Assembly (NCBI GenBank): GCA_951406725.2
Contig: OX597815.1
Span: 42,036,001 to 42,100,000, forward strand
DNA: 64,000 nucleotides
Origin: Octopus vulgaris
Lineage: Eukaryota
Direction: 5' to 3'
Below are positions 1 through 30,938 of the stretch, in pieces; positions within the stretch are counted from its first letter, which is position 1, and each line of letters opens with the position of its first letter. Below the pieces are notes generated by a model. It saw nothing but the letters and a program-made list of their open reading frames with translations. It was not told the origin of the DNA and made no database searches. The position numbers were made by a program, and so were the translations under genes.

Positions 1-574
1 GCAAATCTTCAATTAACAAACACATAACCAGTTGCACACTGTGGTGAACTAACAAGTTCTGTATCACCAAATCCACGTTTCATCTTAATTCTATCATCTC
101 AATTCTGTAGGGACAATAGCATACCTTATTTCCAGAACTCTTTTTTTTTTTTCCTTTCCACATGCTCCATTTAGATAAGTCTGCAGAAATTCAAATTGAT
201 TATTAACTTGTATTGACTTCCTCCTTGGATTAAAATTTACTTTTAAAAAAATGTCATAAAACATGAATTTTAGCAAGATGTGATTTTATATTCTTGTTGA
301 ACTGTCATCAAATAATCAATTAAGTAATATTATGAGATAGGACATACTCTTTGGTTAGATATTTAAAAATGAAACAAAGATATTTGGAGGAAACTAGTAA
401 ATAGCCTGTATCACTAAGAAAGAAAAAGTTTATTAAAGAAGTTCCTTGTCTAAACTATCAGAACCTGTTTCTCATTCTTTGGCAAAGATTTCTGTATGAA
501 ATCTTTGAATAATATTGATGTAAATATTTATCATAAATACTAACATTTCAATATATTTCTTTACAGTTGAGATT

Positions 575-17380
<16,806 letters not shown>

Positions 17381-17584
17381 CCAACAAACCTTTATCTCGG
17401 ATCCAAAGAAACACCTGTGTGATGACAGCAACAATTATATCATACAAGATTTCTTCATTCCATGTAATTACTATTGTAATATGTATGCAATAGCCAAACC
17501 GCTCTCAACCATAAAATCATTTTGCACGTGCTCTCTTACACATACACACACACACACACACACCTCACATACACACACACACTT

Positions 17585-17620
<36 letters not shown>

Positions 17621-18260
17621 CCTCCCTCTCTGATTTACTGTTACTCTTCTCTCTTTCTCTCTCCCTCTTTTCTACCATAACATCTATCTGAATTCCCTAT
17701 TGGAACAGCTTTCAAATTAATTTGGCAACGTATGAAAAGACACTGTCACATTTTTAGAATGTGTCCATCTCTTATGCAACCACCAAAGAATGACATGCAT
17801 ACTGATACAAATCTCCCTATCAAATTATTTGGTAGTTGATTTATATATAAATACTTTTAATTTCATATATCTTTATGAAATAAATGTGTGAAAGAAAATT
17901 ACATTTATGTTTATTCTATTATCAAAAGGAACTTAGTATGTGTATGTGTTTATATAGATATACATCTTACATGCATGCAGACACACATACACACACAGAG
18001 GCACATAAATATATTGCATGGATGTGCTGTGTATGAGAATTTTGTTTACTAAAGCATGATTTCTTTGTATTGTTTAGTAATTTGCATATGTCATGTCATT
18101 GTCCATAGGGTCTTTAATGCAGTTCTTTTCATCTTGTAACAGTGCAAACTTTAGAATTGCTTAGCTAAAAGAAAAAGTCTTTTTTCACTTGTTTTATTTA
18201 TTCAGGCATGTACAAACTTGGTGTGTGCTGTTGTCACGAGTTGCCAATAAATGTCTTCAT
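17381..18260 (+). other. UBC9 3' UTR with (CA)n and (CT)n tracts; candidate poly(A) signals near 17879 and 18246
   Basis: Follows stop codon; AATAAA hexamers present; true end unknown. Confidence 0.5.
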
Positions 18261-19079
18261 CTTTTGAAAAACTCATCAGTTTTATTGCTTTTTGCTAGTG
18301 ATAATGGAGTTTATAACTGACTGCCTTTTGAAATTTCTACATTTACAAATATAAGGTAAAACAGATATTTAAAGAAATAGAATAGAAGTGAAAAGATTTT
18401 TATTAAGAAAAAAGTTAAGGAAAATCTATTTTAATTGAAATGGTATTTAATTCCTTTGAAATTAGATTAATCATGTAGTCAAATGAAAATAAATCTAAAC
18501 ATAATCATTCTATAAGAAAATAAAATAGTTTTCCATTCTACTGCATTGCATTATTGATAAGTGCTTTCTGAAATAAATGAATATGTATTCTTTCTGCACC
18601 TTATTATCCCTCATCTTCAGAACATCTTATTTTAACTTGGATTTGGAAGAGAGATAGAGGTTACCTGTCAATTCAACTTGTTCTTTTTAAAGCATGTACT
18701 TGTTAAAAACCTCTTTTAAAAAAATGATTTGACACATCATGTATTATTTTCTTTTATAATATTGTGTCAAAATAAAGATATTAAAATAAGTGATCTTTAG
18801 TGAAGTCTATTTTTTTTTGTCATAATAAAATAAAATAAAAATATTTATGGGAATTTATCTTTTTTGTTTTAATAGTTTTGTCATTATTAATCTTTTTGTT
18901 ATTTTTATGCTAACTTGGGTTGAATTAGTTTAAGAAAAATATATGCATTGGTCAGCTTGGGATGTTTGGCTACCTTTAAATACCTTTTGAGCTCTACTTT
19001 AGTTCATCTACTACAGATTTTTCCAGTAGTGTATCGTATGTTTACTGGGGGTTGAACGTCTGATGGTATTGATGAAAAA

Positions 19080-19299
19080 GGCAGCGAGCTGGCAGAAACG
19101 TTGGCACATGGGGCGAAATGCGTGGCCGTATTTCGTCTGCCGTTACGTTCTGAGTTCAAATTCCGCCGAGGTCGACTTTGCCTTTCATCCTTTCGGGGTC
19201 GATAAATTAAGTACCAGTTACGCACTGGGGTCGATGTAATCGACTTAATCTGTTTGTTTGTCCCCTCTGTGTTTAACCCCTTGTGGGTAGTAAAGAAAT
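19080..19299 (+). mobile_element. tRNA-derived SINE with Nin/Deu-like core and Tx1-like tail
   Basis: Head ggcagcgagctggcagaa...gagttcaaattcc; core gcctttcatcctttcggggtcgataaattaagtaccag; tail ccccttgtgggtagtaaagaaat; approximate TSD tattgatgaa. Confidence 0.85.
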
Positions 19300-21904
19300 G
19301 GATATTGATGAACTGTATCCCTTTATTCAGCACCAATTCCTCTGAAAGGAATTATAAGAAGTTAAAGATCTCACTGTTTCAGTAACCCAAATTGTCAGTC
19401 TTTGTTCTTAAGCAGGACAATTTTGCTGACTCTCAGTCCAGGCAGCATATTGTACATCATAAAAGGCTAACTCATGTGCATGGCTTCCTCAAATTATACA
19501 AATTTAGAGTTCCCCTGTCATTTGTTGAAATTGATCATGCAATTTGCTGGCCCATTTCCTAGTTAACTTTGTTTTTCCACTTTATGGGCAGAACTTCATA
19601 ATTGACAGTTGATCATTGTCAAGCAAGTCTATGCTGTGCCAGTCTTATGCCAAATGATCAGCTTTGATGTAGTGAGTTGATCTCCATAGGCTCCAACAGA
19701 AGGCTTTCAGCTCATCATCATCATTATTTAATGTCAGTTTTCCATACTGCCATGGTTTGATGAGCTGGCTAGGCAGAAGACTGCACCAGGTTTCTCAGTC
19801 TGTTTTGGCGGGGTTTTTGTGGTGGGATGCACTTCTAACACTAACCACCTTATAGAGTGGACTGGGAGGTTTTTATGTGGTACCAGTACCAGTGAGGCCT
19901 GTTTTGGCATGGTCCTTCCAAACTCCAACCATTTTACAGTGTGGATTGGATGCACAATTTGGTGGGGGTCACCAAATAACCTGCAAGACAAAGATCCTTT
20001 GAGAGGTGGGTGGAGCATTGGAGGAGGTAGCTTTGTGCCAGGTGATGAGAGGTTAGTGGGACAGTAACAAGTGTCTTGCTGTGAAGGAGAGAGAGAGATT
20101 TAGAATGAGGACAGATACATGGTTATCCAGTCAGAGGGAAAGCAAGATGGAAAAAGAAATATATCAACAATTGAGATAACTACTGGTTAAACACTGTCAC
20201 CTTTAATAACTAATGCTATCATGGAATTTTAAAGACTTAACCAACATTGAAACTCAGCCTAGTTAAGTTAGGATATTGTCTTTTGTGAATAACAAATATC
20301 CAACTTGTTAAGTTCACTGTCAGTTGAAAGCACAAAGCAAAGATTAAAGCGAACTGCATTTTACTTGTACCTTATTGCAAAAGTCTCTTAGAATCTATAA
20401 CTCATACTATGTAAGAACTGTATTGAAAAGTAGCATCATACTTTGCATATTTTTCACCAAAGTGTAAACAAAGACTAGTTAGAAAGTAAGAACTGCATCT
20501 ACAACTTCCTAAGCTTTGCAAAGATCTTATAGAGGATAAACAGAGATGCCTTAAACTCTGCATAAAAGAACATTGAAAAGTTTTGAGAAATTCTCAGAAT
20601 AAGAATGGCTGAGCATCTATGTGGAATCGGAAGTCAAATAGAAATGTGTGGAATTGATAGTGAACCAAAGTTATAAAAAATCAGTGAAATGGTATAACTC
20701 AGTCAGAAGTCAAGCTCAGTATAGCTGCTTAGACTAGGAGATAAGAATGTTGCTATCCTTATTAGGGATGCAAGCTGGAAGCCTTTATAATCTGGTACTA
20801 TATACACATTCAGGAATAAGACACTTGGTGACTATATGGAGATAAGTAAATGACAATATATGTATTAGTCAAATGTTATGATTATTTATTCACATTATTT
20901 TTAACCCTTTATCATTCAGATTAATTTATCTGCATTTTTAAAAATTATGTATCTTGTAGCTTTAAGATTTTGAAGTTATGATTGTTTATTTTTAGAATGA
21001 CATTGCAGGGTAGGTATGAGAGGCTGGATCAGGTTATGTAAATGCTAATGGGTTAATTAATTGTAGCTTAGATTTGATGAAGGTGATCATTATCATTTAA
21101 TGTTTCTTCTTCTATAGGTTGGATGGTTTGACAAGAACAGGTGAGCCAGAGTGTTCCACCTGATTTTTATGTTTGCTTTGGTATGATTTCTATAGCTGAA
21201 TGCCCTTCCTACTGTCAACTCTTAACTGAGTGTACTTCTTAGCACCATTGAGGTTGCCAAGTACCCACAAGATAAAACTTCTTAACTGAACAGAACATAC
21301 ACTGGAGGAATAAGAAACTGATGGAGGGAGAGGAACAGATGTCTTGCTGAAGCAATGAAGACTTGCCCACATTATATTTATAATGACATTGTATGGTAGG
21401 TGTGAGAGGTTGGATATGGCCAGTTGAAATGTTAAAGAGTTGAACAATTTTTCATATGTAGATGTTGGTTGTTAGGAAAATTATAAATTCTTTTTGTATA
21501 CTTGTGCCATAAAAAGAAAGACAGCATTTTTGAAGAATCTGAAACTGTTATTTAATAAATGCATCACCATAACATCTGTTCAGTATATTTGTTACATGAT
21601 GAATTGTTAGGTTCTGACCAAAATTCATTTTCTATAAGTATATTTTGTCAATTAATGTAGCATGCATTTCCTCATTTTAATGTCCACTTCTCCATGCTTG
21701 CATGGGTCAGATGGAATTTGTTGTGATTTTCTTGTGGCTGGTTGCTCTTCCTGTCACCTCACCTATTTCTAAAGGAGGCAATAATTTCTCATGATCAGAC
21801 ATGTTTTCATAGAATATTAGGAACAAAAAAAACCCAGTTTGCATGACCATGACACTTGTTTACAACTATTGTGATGTCAAGGCAAGCGGCATGCACACAC
21901 ACAC

Positions 21905-22247
21905 CTACATATATATATGTATATATATCAATGGAAATTGTAGCTGTGATACCAGTGCCGGGGGCACGTAAGAGAACCATCCGAATGCGGCCGTTGCCAG
22001 TCTCGCCTTACCTCCGTGCCAGTGGCACGTAAAAATCACCATCTGATTGTGGCCGTTTGCCAGCCTCCGGTGGCACATAAAAAGCACCCACTACACTCAT
22101 GGAGTGGGTGGCATTAGGAAGGGCATCCAGCCGTAGAAACATTGCCAGATCAGACTAGGTCTGGTGCAGCCTTCTGGCTTCCCAGACCCCAGTTGAATCG
22201 TCCAACCCATGCTAGCATGGAAAGCGGATGCTAAACGATGATGATGA
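21905..22247 (+). mobile_element. RTE-clade LINE 3' UTR fragment
   Basis: Same tail as 10953 element ending gctaaacgatgatgatgat. Confidence 0.85.
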
Positions 22248-22255
22248 TATATATA

Positions 22256-23098
22256 CAGGGTGTGGTGAATAAACTGTTGTCTAAATTATGCAAAATTTAA
22301 AATAACACTGACATCTCATTTTAACATATATTTTCCAAAAATTACATATAAATATCTTGAAATACTAAAAAGTAAATTTATTCAATAAAATTGCTATTGG
22401 CCTCAACCATGACCTCCAGATGACTTCGGAATCTCCTGCAAATCTTTTAGATGGTCTTCTTGTTTAAGTTGGTGAATGCTGCCATAATCTTTGCCTTCAG
22501 TTCGTCTTTTGTTGGTCCTTTGTTCAAATGTGCCACACACATAATAATGAAGCGGTTTGCAGTCTGGGGAGTTAGGTGGCCAGATGTTATGGGTGATGTG
22601 GTCACTGAAATTGTCTGACAGCCATGACTGGGTTCTGCTTGTGTGGCATGGTGCAAAGTCCTTTTGCCAGACATAGGGTCTTCCAGCAGCCACCCTCTTG
22701 ACCCAGGGTAGCAGAACCTCCTCCAGGCACTAGATGTAGGCCTCCATGTTGAGTCTGAGGCCATGTGGGAAGATGAATGGAAGCATAACGTTGCCATCAC
22801 TCCAAACACCTTGATGTAGACTGGATGTTTGATTTTTATCACTCTTGGTACATGTCCTCAGATTGACACCCAAACACTCTGAAACATTTATACTGGAGCT
22901 TCTGGCGTGTATGCCAAGCAGTACAGCATGTCGTTTCTAAATTTCTGGCACAGTGAATTGTATAATGGTGCTGTTTTTTCTCACAGACAGTGCCCAACTG
23001 ACTCTACTATACTGTGTAGTCAACAAGATCAAAAGCTAACAATGCACATGCATGCAATTAAAAATATAAAATGGCAACAATTTACCCATTGCACCCTA
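22256..23098 (-). mobile_element. Decayed Tc1/mariner-superfamily transposon (mariner/maT-like)
   Basis: Imperfect TIRs (cagggtgtggtgaataaactgttg / caacaatttacccattgcaccct), TA flanks; transposase motifs YVWQKDFAPCHTS and WPPNSPDCKPLHYYV split across frames. Confidence 0.85.
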
Positions 23099-24101
23099 TA
23101 TATCTATATATATATATGTTTTTTTTCTTTTACTTGTTTCAGTCATTTGACAGTGGCCATACTGGAGCATGACTTTAAAGGGTTTTACTAGTACTTATTC
23201 TATTGGTCACCTTTGCCAAACTGCAGAAGAACCCAGACTAAAATTACATAACTTTAAATGCTTGTCACTTCTTTAATATTTATTTTTAGTTGCAAAAAAA
23301 ATTAACGCTATTTTCATCATTTCTTGAAAATAATCTGGTGAAACTCAGTGTGGTAAGAAGCTTCCCACTGTGTGGTACTTTATGCATATGCATATTTATG
23401 TATGTGTGTGTGTGTCTGTCTCAGTGTTTTGCCCCACTACCACTTGAGAACTGGTGTCAGTGTGTTTACACCCCTGTAGCTTAGCAGTTCAGAAAAAAGA
23501 CAGATAGTATCAAGCTTAAAGAAAAAGAGGTTAATGGGGTCAATTCAGTCAACTAAAAATTCTTCAAAGCACTGTTTCAGCATGGCTGAAGCAAGTAAAA
23601 GATATAAGATACTATGTTTATAACAATTACTGCCAAAGTTTTTTACTACTACTACTACTGTTGCTGATTCTACTAGTACTACCACTCCTACCCCCTTATA
23701 CAGTTTGTATCAATCTTCTCTATTGTCCCTGTTCTGTGGTCATGGACTGGTAGATTTTCTTTGAAGTCTTCAAAATTCTGATTCTTCCTAGACTACACAA
23801 TACCACAAGTACCTCCACTGAGAGAAGAAACAGAGAAAAAGTTCAACCATGAATTTCAACAAAAATCCAAATGAACTCACAACAAGCAGAATGACTAACC
23901 AACATAGATGAAGAAAAAAAATTACATTTAAAACCCTGAGACTTAAATATACTAACAGCCTTGCTCTCAAACCAGTTCTTCAAAAATTTTTGACATCAAA
24001 TATTAAACAATGAAGTGAAATTAACAGTTTTTGTGTGTTTAAGAAAGGTTTATATGTGTCTTTCAATAAATAAATATAGGTCAGGCATAGCTGTGTGTGG
24101 A

Positions 24102-24265
24102 GGCACAGGTGTGACTGTGTGATAAGAAGTTAGCTTCTCAACCACACAGTTCTGGGTTCAGTCTCACTAGGTGACACCTTGGGCAAGTGTCTTCTACTAT
24201 AGCCATGGGCCTACCAAAGCCTTGGGGATGGATCTGGTAGATGAAAACTGAAAGAAGTCTGTCGT
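24102..24265 (+). mobile_element. tRNA-derived CORE-type SINE (many further copies, e.g. ~7400-7535 minus, ~16160-16440, ~28140-28445, ~39950-40240)
   Basis: B-box-like gggttcagtc followed by gacaccttgggcaagtgtcttctactatagcc core; repeated throughout window. Confidence 0.7.
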
Positions 24266-24309
24266 ATATATATATATATATCATCATCATCATTGTTTAA
24301 TGTCTGTAA

Positions 24310-26330
24310 GATGTTTTCAATCTATATATGGTAAGTCCCTGTTAGCTGGTGATGTTGGGCTCGAGCTCTTGGAGAACCTAACACAGTTCACAAACTTGTT
24401 CTCGTCCAAGAGTGTCCTTGCCTACATTCATCCCCTGTTGTTTAGGGCTAAACTATTTGGTCTCACCAAGGTCAATGGTAACCTCTGCCCCATAGCAGTT
24501 TGTTGTACTCTGCGACGGCTCACAGCAAAAGGGTACCTGTTCTTAGTTTCTAGCTGCCTGACCGAGGAATTTTTCTCTATTGAGCTAGGAGTGGGTACTA
24601 AGCTAGGTTGTGAAGCTGCTGCTCATGCCACCAGTGCTTTCATCAACTTGCCCTATGAGTCCCCAAAAGTCATCCTCAAACTTGACCTTCAGAATGCTTT
24701 TAACGTTATTCTCTGCGCAGTAATGGCAAACTCCCTACCACTTTATCACTTTGCTTGGCAAGCCTATCAGAAGCCCTCCTACCTCTCGTTTGGTGACCAC
24801 CTCATCCCATCTTCCTCTGGAGTCTGGCAGGGTGAGCCACTTGGTCCTGCCCTATTCGCATTGGGTATTAATGATTTTAACAAGATGGGAGCCGACCTAG
24901 ACCTAAATGTCTGGTACCTCAATGAGGCTTGTTTGGGAGGCCCTCCTGACAAGGTGCTTGCAGCTGCAAGGACAATGATCGAGAAACTTGGTTGTAGAGG
25001 TCTAAGTGTTAACAGCGCCAAATGCGAGCTTTGGCTCTTCAACCACCTAGCTTTGCATGAGCAGACTACTAAACTATTTGTTGACTCCCTCCTCTCAATC
25101 ATGATTCCTACTTCATCAGCATGGTGCTCTTTTGGAGCCCCAATTATTGACCTAGCTTTCGAATCCATCTTTAGATCCAAAATGGATAACCTTGAACAAC
25201 TTTTTAAAAATCTTGGAGTAACTGAGCCCACCAAGGTTTTTTTGATATGTAGGAATCACTTGTCTATTCCTAAGCTATTGCATTTTCTGAGAGTTAGTCC
25301 ATCTTACAGATTCCTATCATCCCTCCAATACTTTGACGACCTAATCTTCAGCAAACTCGAATTCTTGGTCAATGTCAAACTCTCCCTAGACTTCTGCGAC
25401 CAAGCTGCTTTGCCCAAACGGTTTGGGGGTCTAGGCAAGTGCTCGTCTTTATCTCTTCCCTGTGTTTTTTTCTCCATTCACGCTTGCTTCCCTTTGGTAG
25501 ACAACATCCTCTCCTCTCCAACATGGACTAAGTCCAACAGGGAGATGGATGAAGCTCTGTCACAGTGGAGAAAGCTGGGTTTGTCAGTTCTGGTTACAAT
25601 AGAGGGTAGACAGAAACAGAGTATGGGACAATCTGCGTTCAGGTGCAACTTCCAACTCTCTTCTTGATCAATCTGATCAATTTTCAAGGTGTCACCTACT
25701 TTCAGCAAGTACAAAATTCTCAGGGGACTGGATTGATGCCCTGCCTGTGGCCAACATTGGTGATCTACTCAGTCTAGACGAACATCACAGAGTGGGAGCT
25801 GACATCTGTAGGTGACTGAGATGTCACTGTAGTATGTCTGTCTTGTCGCTTTGCTCATCACATCAAGCTAAATTATTAAGCGAACCTGGCTTAGATTAAT
25901 ATCCCCTCAGTTCTGGAGCCGTTGGGGTTATCCAGAAGTGATAGAAAGAGACCAGAGAGTAGGGTAATTCTCTGTTCTTGGGTTAGAGGTAGGTGTCTCA
26001 TTTGGGGCACCACAGTGTGACTCCTTTGCTCCTTCCTACATCCTGGATGCTGCAGTTAATTGGAGAATCACTGCTTCCATAGCCAAACGGGAGAAAACCT
26101 TGAAGTATCGGGACCTGACAGTGAACTATCTCTTCCGACCTGGGGCGTTTGAGACGTTTGAAGGGACTGGAGCACTAACCGCAAAGTCCTCATCAACGCA
26201 GGCAGCTCGCCTCACCGAGGGGTCAGGTGACGTCCTTGAGGGCCTTTGGCTTTCTCAATGCCTTAGCCTTGCCTTTCGCCTGCGGTAATACTGTGAGCGT
26301 GCTGACTTGCTTCAGTAGCCATTAAAACCT
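24310..26330 (+). mobile_element. Decayed CRE-like non-LTR retrotransposon (RT plus restriction-like endonuclease), 5'-truncated
   Basis: ORF 24300-25667: PIAV..TLRRL, LGVGTKLGCEAAAH, KLDLQNAFN, GVWQGEPLGP, WYLNE (YxDD mutated), GGLG; downstream fragments DRKRPE, LIWGTT, KYRDL, FETFEG, WLSQCLSLAF match a PD-(D/E)xK RLE domain. Confidence 0.85.
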
Positions 26331-26376
26331 TGTGGTGAGTGACCAATTGCTGTGATAAAAAAACAAAAAAATTCCC

Positions 26377-27236
26377 GGATCTTTTCTTTTTGAACGGCAC
26401 ATGTCAACACAATTTCTAGTTAACTAAACACTTTTAAACTTCGTATACTGGTAGAATGTGTTTATAAAACATCATTTTTTTCTTGGCTTTATTGAGAAAA
26501 TTCTATATGTTGTAACATATTTCCACTTTAATTTGAAGCATTTTGGCAATTTTAACCAATTCTATATGTTGTAACATATTTCCACTTTAATTTGAAGCAT
26601 TTTGGCAATTTTAACCAATCGATGACCTCCATTTGGGGTGAAAACATTCCGTGCTGTATGAATATGTCCCTTGTTTAAGAAACAGATTGGGTTTATTTAC
26701 ATTTGCGAAGAAAAAAAGATACCCTTCCCCCACTCCTAACCCTAAATCTAAAATAGATTGAAATGCAATAGATCAATGCTAGAGTTATAATTATGGGTGA
26801 CAATTTCGTACGACACCGCTACGCAAAATGGGATTTTTCTAGCGGTGTCAAATGAAAATGTCACCCATAATTATAACCCTAGTATCGATTTATTGCATTT
26901 CAATCTATTTTAGATTTAGGGTTAGAGTTAGGGTTAGGGGTGGGAGAAGGGTATCTTTTTTTCTTCGCAAATGTAAATGAACCCAATCTGTTTCTTAAAC
27001 GAGGGACATATTCTTACAGCACGGAATGTTTTCACCCCAAATGGAGGTCAGCGATTGGTTAAAATTGCCGAAATGCTCGAAATTTCAGACGAAATATCTT
27101 ACAACATATAGAATTTTCTCAATAAAGCCAAGAAAAAATGATGTTTTATAAGCACATTCTACCAGTATACGAAGTTTAAAAGTGTTTAGTTAACTAGAAA
27201 TTGTGTTGACATGTGCCGTTTAAAAGGAAAAGTTCC
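26377..27236. mobile_element. Fold-back dimer of a MITE containing TTAGGG repeats, with 8-bp TSD
   Basis: Two ~400-bp arms in inverted orientation around ~26830; TSD aaattccc at 26369-26376 and 27237-27244. Confidence 0.88.
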
Positions 27237-28650
27237 AAATTCCCTTCCAAAGGTTTCAATACAGTTTTAACAAAAAGATTTGAAAGAATTAGACGAAAGT
27301 TCTTCGGTAATTTTCTTTCATGTAAAGAAATGTTTATGTTAATTTTAAAATTTGCCAGCAAAATCTTATAAAATGACAATGTTCTAAAAGATGTACATTT
27401 TCCAAAATTAAAATAAAGTTTTTTTTTTGTTTTGACTGAGTAAAAATTTAACCAACTAGTTATGACGAAATTTTACAATAGTTTTTAATTCAGTTTTTGA
27501 AACTTATAACGGTAGACGAACGAAATATTACAATCGCGTTTCTTTCAAATTGTAATTATGTGTCGAGAGAGTAAGAGTGAGAGGAAGGAAGAGTAAATTG
27601 GAACAGTTCAACTATTGACCAGTCAATAAACTTGAATCTTGTTCGCAGACTTCGTGCTGCTTACTAGTCGACCCCCTATGAACTCCAGAGAAATTAAAAA
27701 AAAAAAAAAAGACAATGTAATTTTTGATTTATCACCCTGTTCAGTCAGACTAATTTTTTTAAATTCTGTTGCGAGTACTTGTCCAGTTTTACTTTCATAC
27801 AGACACAGTTAATACTGTGTGTGTATCAGATGGACCGTTAATGTAAGTTTTGAATTATTTTTGTATTAGAGATGATTTAACGTTTGTGTTGAAATTCAAA
27901 ATAAGAAAAAATTCTGTTAGAGACATAATGTTTCTTGCAGCCCTCTTTAGTTTGAAACTACTTGTATTAGTTTTAAAGATTGTCACATTATTTTTTTACA
28001 GCCGGGAGTTTTATTACTGAAAAAAGAAAGGATAAATTACCAAAGAAAGTTGCATTAATTTTATTTTCAGTATAATTCTATTGCTTTTGTTTATATTATA
28101 TAGAATTCGTATTTCAAACAAGGCTGTCTAGTTAATAAGCGACCGCGTGGATTCAGGTTCACTCTCACTGAGCGACACATTGGGCGAGTGTCTTTTACTA
28201 TAGCTACCTGTTCTTTTTTTTAGTGAATTTGTCAGACAGAAACTGTGGAATCCGGTGGTGTAATATGTGTGTATATGTTCCCCCAACCATTTGACAACCG
28301 GTGTTGCTTTGCTTGCGTCCCTATAACTTATTTGGCAAAATAGAGACTGATAGAATAGGTACCCCAGTTAATATAAGTACTGGGGTCGATTTGTTAAACT
28401 CTTGAGTGTTACCCAGCATGGCCACAGTCTAATGACTGAAACAAATATGAGTTTTTTTTTTTTTGTGAGCTAACTACAACATAACTGAATAATTAAAAAG
28501 GTAAAATATTTGGATTTGGCAAGACTTTCCCCATTTCAGTAAAAAGTGAAAAAAAAAAAAAAAGTTCGAAAGCGTAAGTAAAACAAATACAGAAAAAAAC
28601 CTCGTTAGGAACGTTTCCTGCAAGGTTTCGCGTGGTCCCTTCTCTAACTA

Positions 28651-28681
<31 letters not shown>

Positions 28682-28757
28682 TTAGACTAGAACTGTTTCA
28701 TTCAAGAGAAATCATCATGAAACAGTTCTATATATATATATATATATACCCGGGACC

Positions 28758-28796
<39 letters not shown>

Positions 28797-29010
28797 TGCC
28801 AAAAAAAAATGGAAATTTTTGAACATAATAGATTTAGAATTCAAATATATAATTTTAAAGTCCTTTCCTTTGATTGGAAACTGATTTAAAATTCTCCTTT
28901 GTATTAAATGTTAAGTGCCTGCCAATTGGAACAACCTGCAACTATTTCATTATTTTAAAAACTGATTTTAAGCTATGCAACAATTTTATATATACATCTA
29001 TATTTATTAT

Positions 29011-29151
29011 TATTTATTTTTTTACTACCTACAAGGGCTAAACATAGAGGGGACAAACAAGGACAGACAAACGGATTAAGTCCATTACATCGACTCCAGT
29101 GCGTAACTGGTACTTTATTTATCGATCCCGAAAGGATGAAAGGCAAAGTCG
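29011..29151 (-). mobile_element. Nin-type SINE 3' part
   Basis: Reverse complement of the 19080 family core and tail. Confidence 0.8.
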
Positions 29152-30768
29152 ATTATTATTAATCGGCAGAATTTATATAGTAACTTAAGAGCCGAGAGTT
29201 TCGGCTATTGGTACTTTTGAGTTCCGTTTGCAACCACCAAACCTATAGCAAACCTAAAGCAATAGATTTAAAAAAAATTCTTAATTCTAATTCAAGAACT
29301 ATTTTAGAACATCGGAATTTCGTTAGATTGAGGCAGTACTGATTTTGAAGGTACACACTTAATAAATGCCGTTTACTGTAACCCCCGTTTAGAACGATTT
29401 CTCTAATTTGTCTAAAACAAAGATATGTTTCAGAATTTCTAATTATTTTGTAGGCAATTAGTTATATCGAAGGAAAGCCATTTTGTATATCATGTGAAGC
29501 ATTAAATTAGTCGTTTAACCAAATAAACTCCTTTAATTTACTGTTATGATTGTAAAGGCATTCAGATGGCATATTTCGAAAATTGGGTCTAATGCAGTTT
29601 CGCACCTCTCCTTGAAAAATGCATTTTTTCGAAAAACATTTTTCGGATCCCTACTTTTTAGATGTCGGAAATTACGAATATGCAAAAAAAAAAAAAATCT
29701 TCCCCACCCCCGCGTAATTATTTACCGACGGAGATTCCGAATATGCGAGAAACCACGTTTTCAAAATTTTAAATACATTAAGCATATAGATATATGTATA
29801 AAGAGATAGATATGTCTTCCTGGGGCTAAAAACAACAGTAACCGTCTTTCGGACCGTCACATTTATTTGACAAATATATTTTCTGAATAAACGGATAGGA
29901 ATAAAAAGACAGATAAATAAATGATTTAAAATTGGGAGGGGCTCACATGGCAGAGTTGTTATTTTTGCTTTTCTTTTTTCATAAGATTTTGTTGTTATTT
30001 CTGTACTCACTTTTTTTAACTTTCAAAAAAAAAAAAAAAAAATTCTAATTTCACTTTGTCATAATTACTGTGGGAAGGGGCTTACATGGTGGAGATGTAT
30101 ACAGAACCCTTCACCCCATTATTTTTTTTTTTTTTTTCATGGAGATTCCGATTCTGAAAAAAAAAAATTTTTCAAAAATCGCAATATGGGTTAGTGCACA
30201 AATCTATGAAGAAGTCACCGAAAAAAATATCAACATTGTCACGATACTGTCTATATAAGGGGTTATCTATATGTACGGCATGTATTGTCAATTTATTGAC
30301 TGTCTGTTTAATTGTCTTCATAATTTTGGCAGAGTTCTGATCGAAGCAATTTTTTTTTACACATATATGTAAGGTACCATTTAAGAAGAGTGCGCGCACC
30401 GGGACCACTCTTCTTAAATAGTACCTATATGTAATGCTATTTTATATCTTTTTATTTCAGTCATTAAACTGTGGCCATGTTGGAGCACCGCCTTGAGATA
30501 TATATATTAATTGTGGACGGACGTCGGATTTATGAAGCACCAACAAGTTGGAATTTCTGTTTTCACGAGGATTTGGCAATCACTCAGATTCTTGAGTCTC
30601 AGAATTATCACTTTCGTTCATTACTTTCTACGATAAACTTTATCGGCAAATTAGAAAAAAGGATTTGAAAGCACATGTCAACTGTAAACACTCGTGTCGA
30701 GGTGGAAGAGGACTGGCTGAAGACACGTGTGTGTATTTAGTGGTGTGTATATCAGATCTTGTATGTAT

Positions 30769-30919
30769 AATTCCGCCGAGGTCGACTTTGCCTTTCATCC
30801 TTTCGGGGTCGATTAAATAAGTACAGTTACGCACTGGGGTCGATATGATCGACTTAATCCGTTTGTCTGTCCTTGTTCGTCCTCTCTGTGTTTGGCCCCT
30901 TGTGGGTAGTAAAGAAATA
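30769..30919 (+). mobile_element. 5'-truncated Nin-type SINE with TSD
   Basis: TSD gtatgtataattc at 30761-30773 and 30920-30932; tail ggccccttgtgggtagtaaagaaata. Confidence 0.88.
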
Positions 30920-30938
30920 GTATGTATAATTCGATATA

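Noticed and set aside
26915-26945. Telomere or interstitial telomere fusion
   Set aside because: Only a few TTAGGG units, internal to a MITE also present at 40300-40706.
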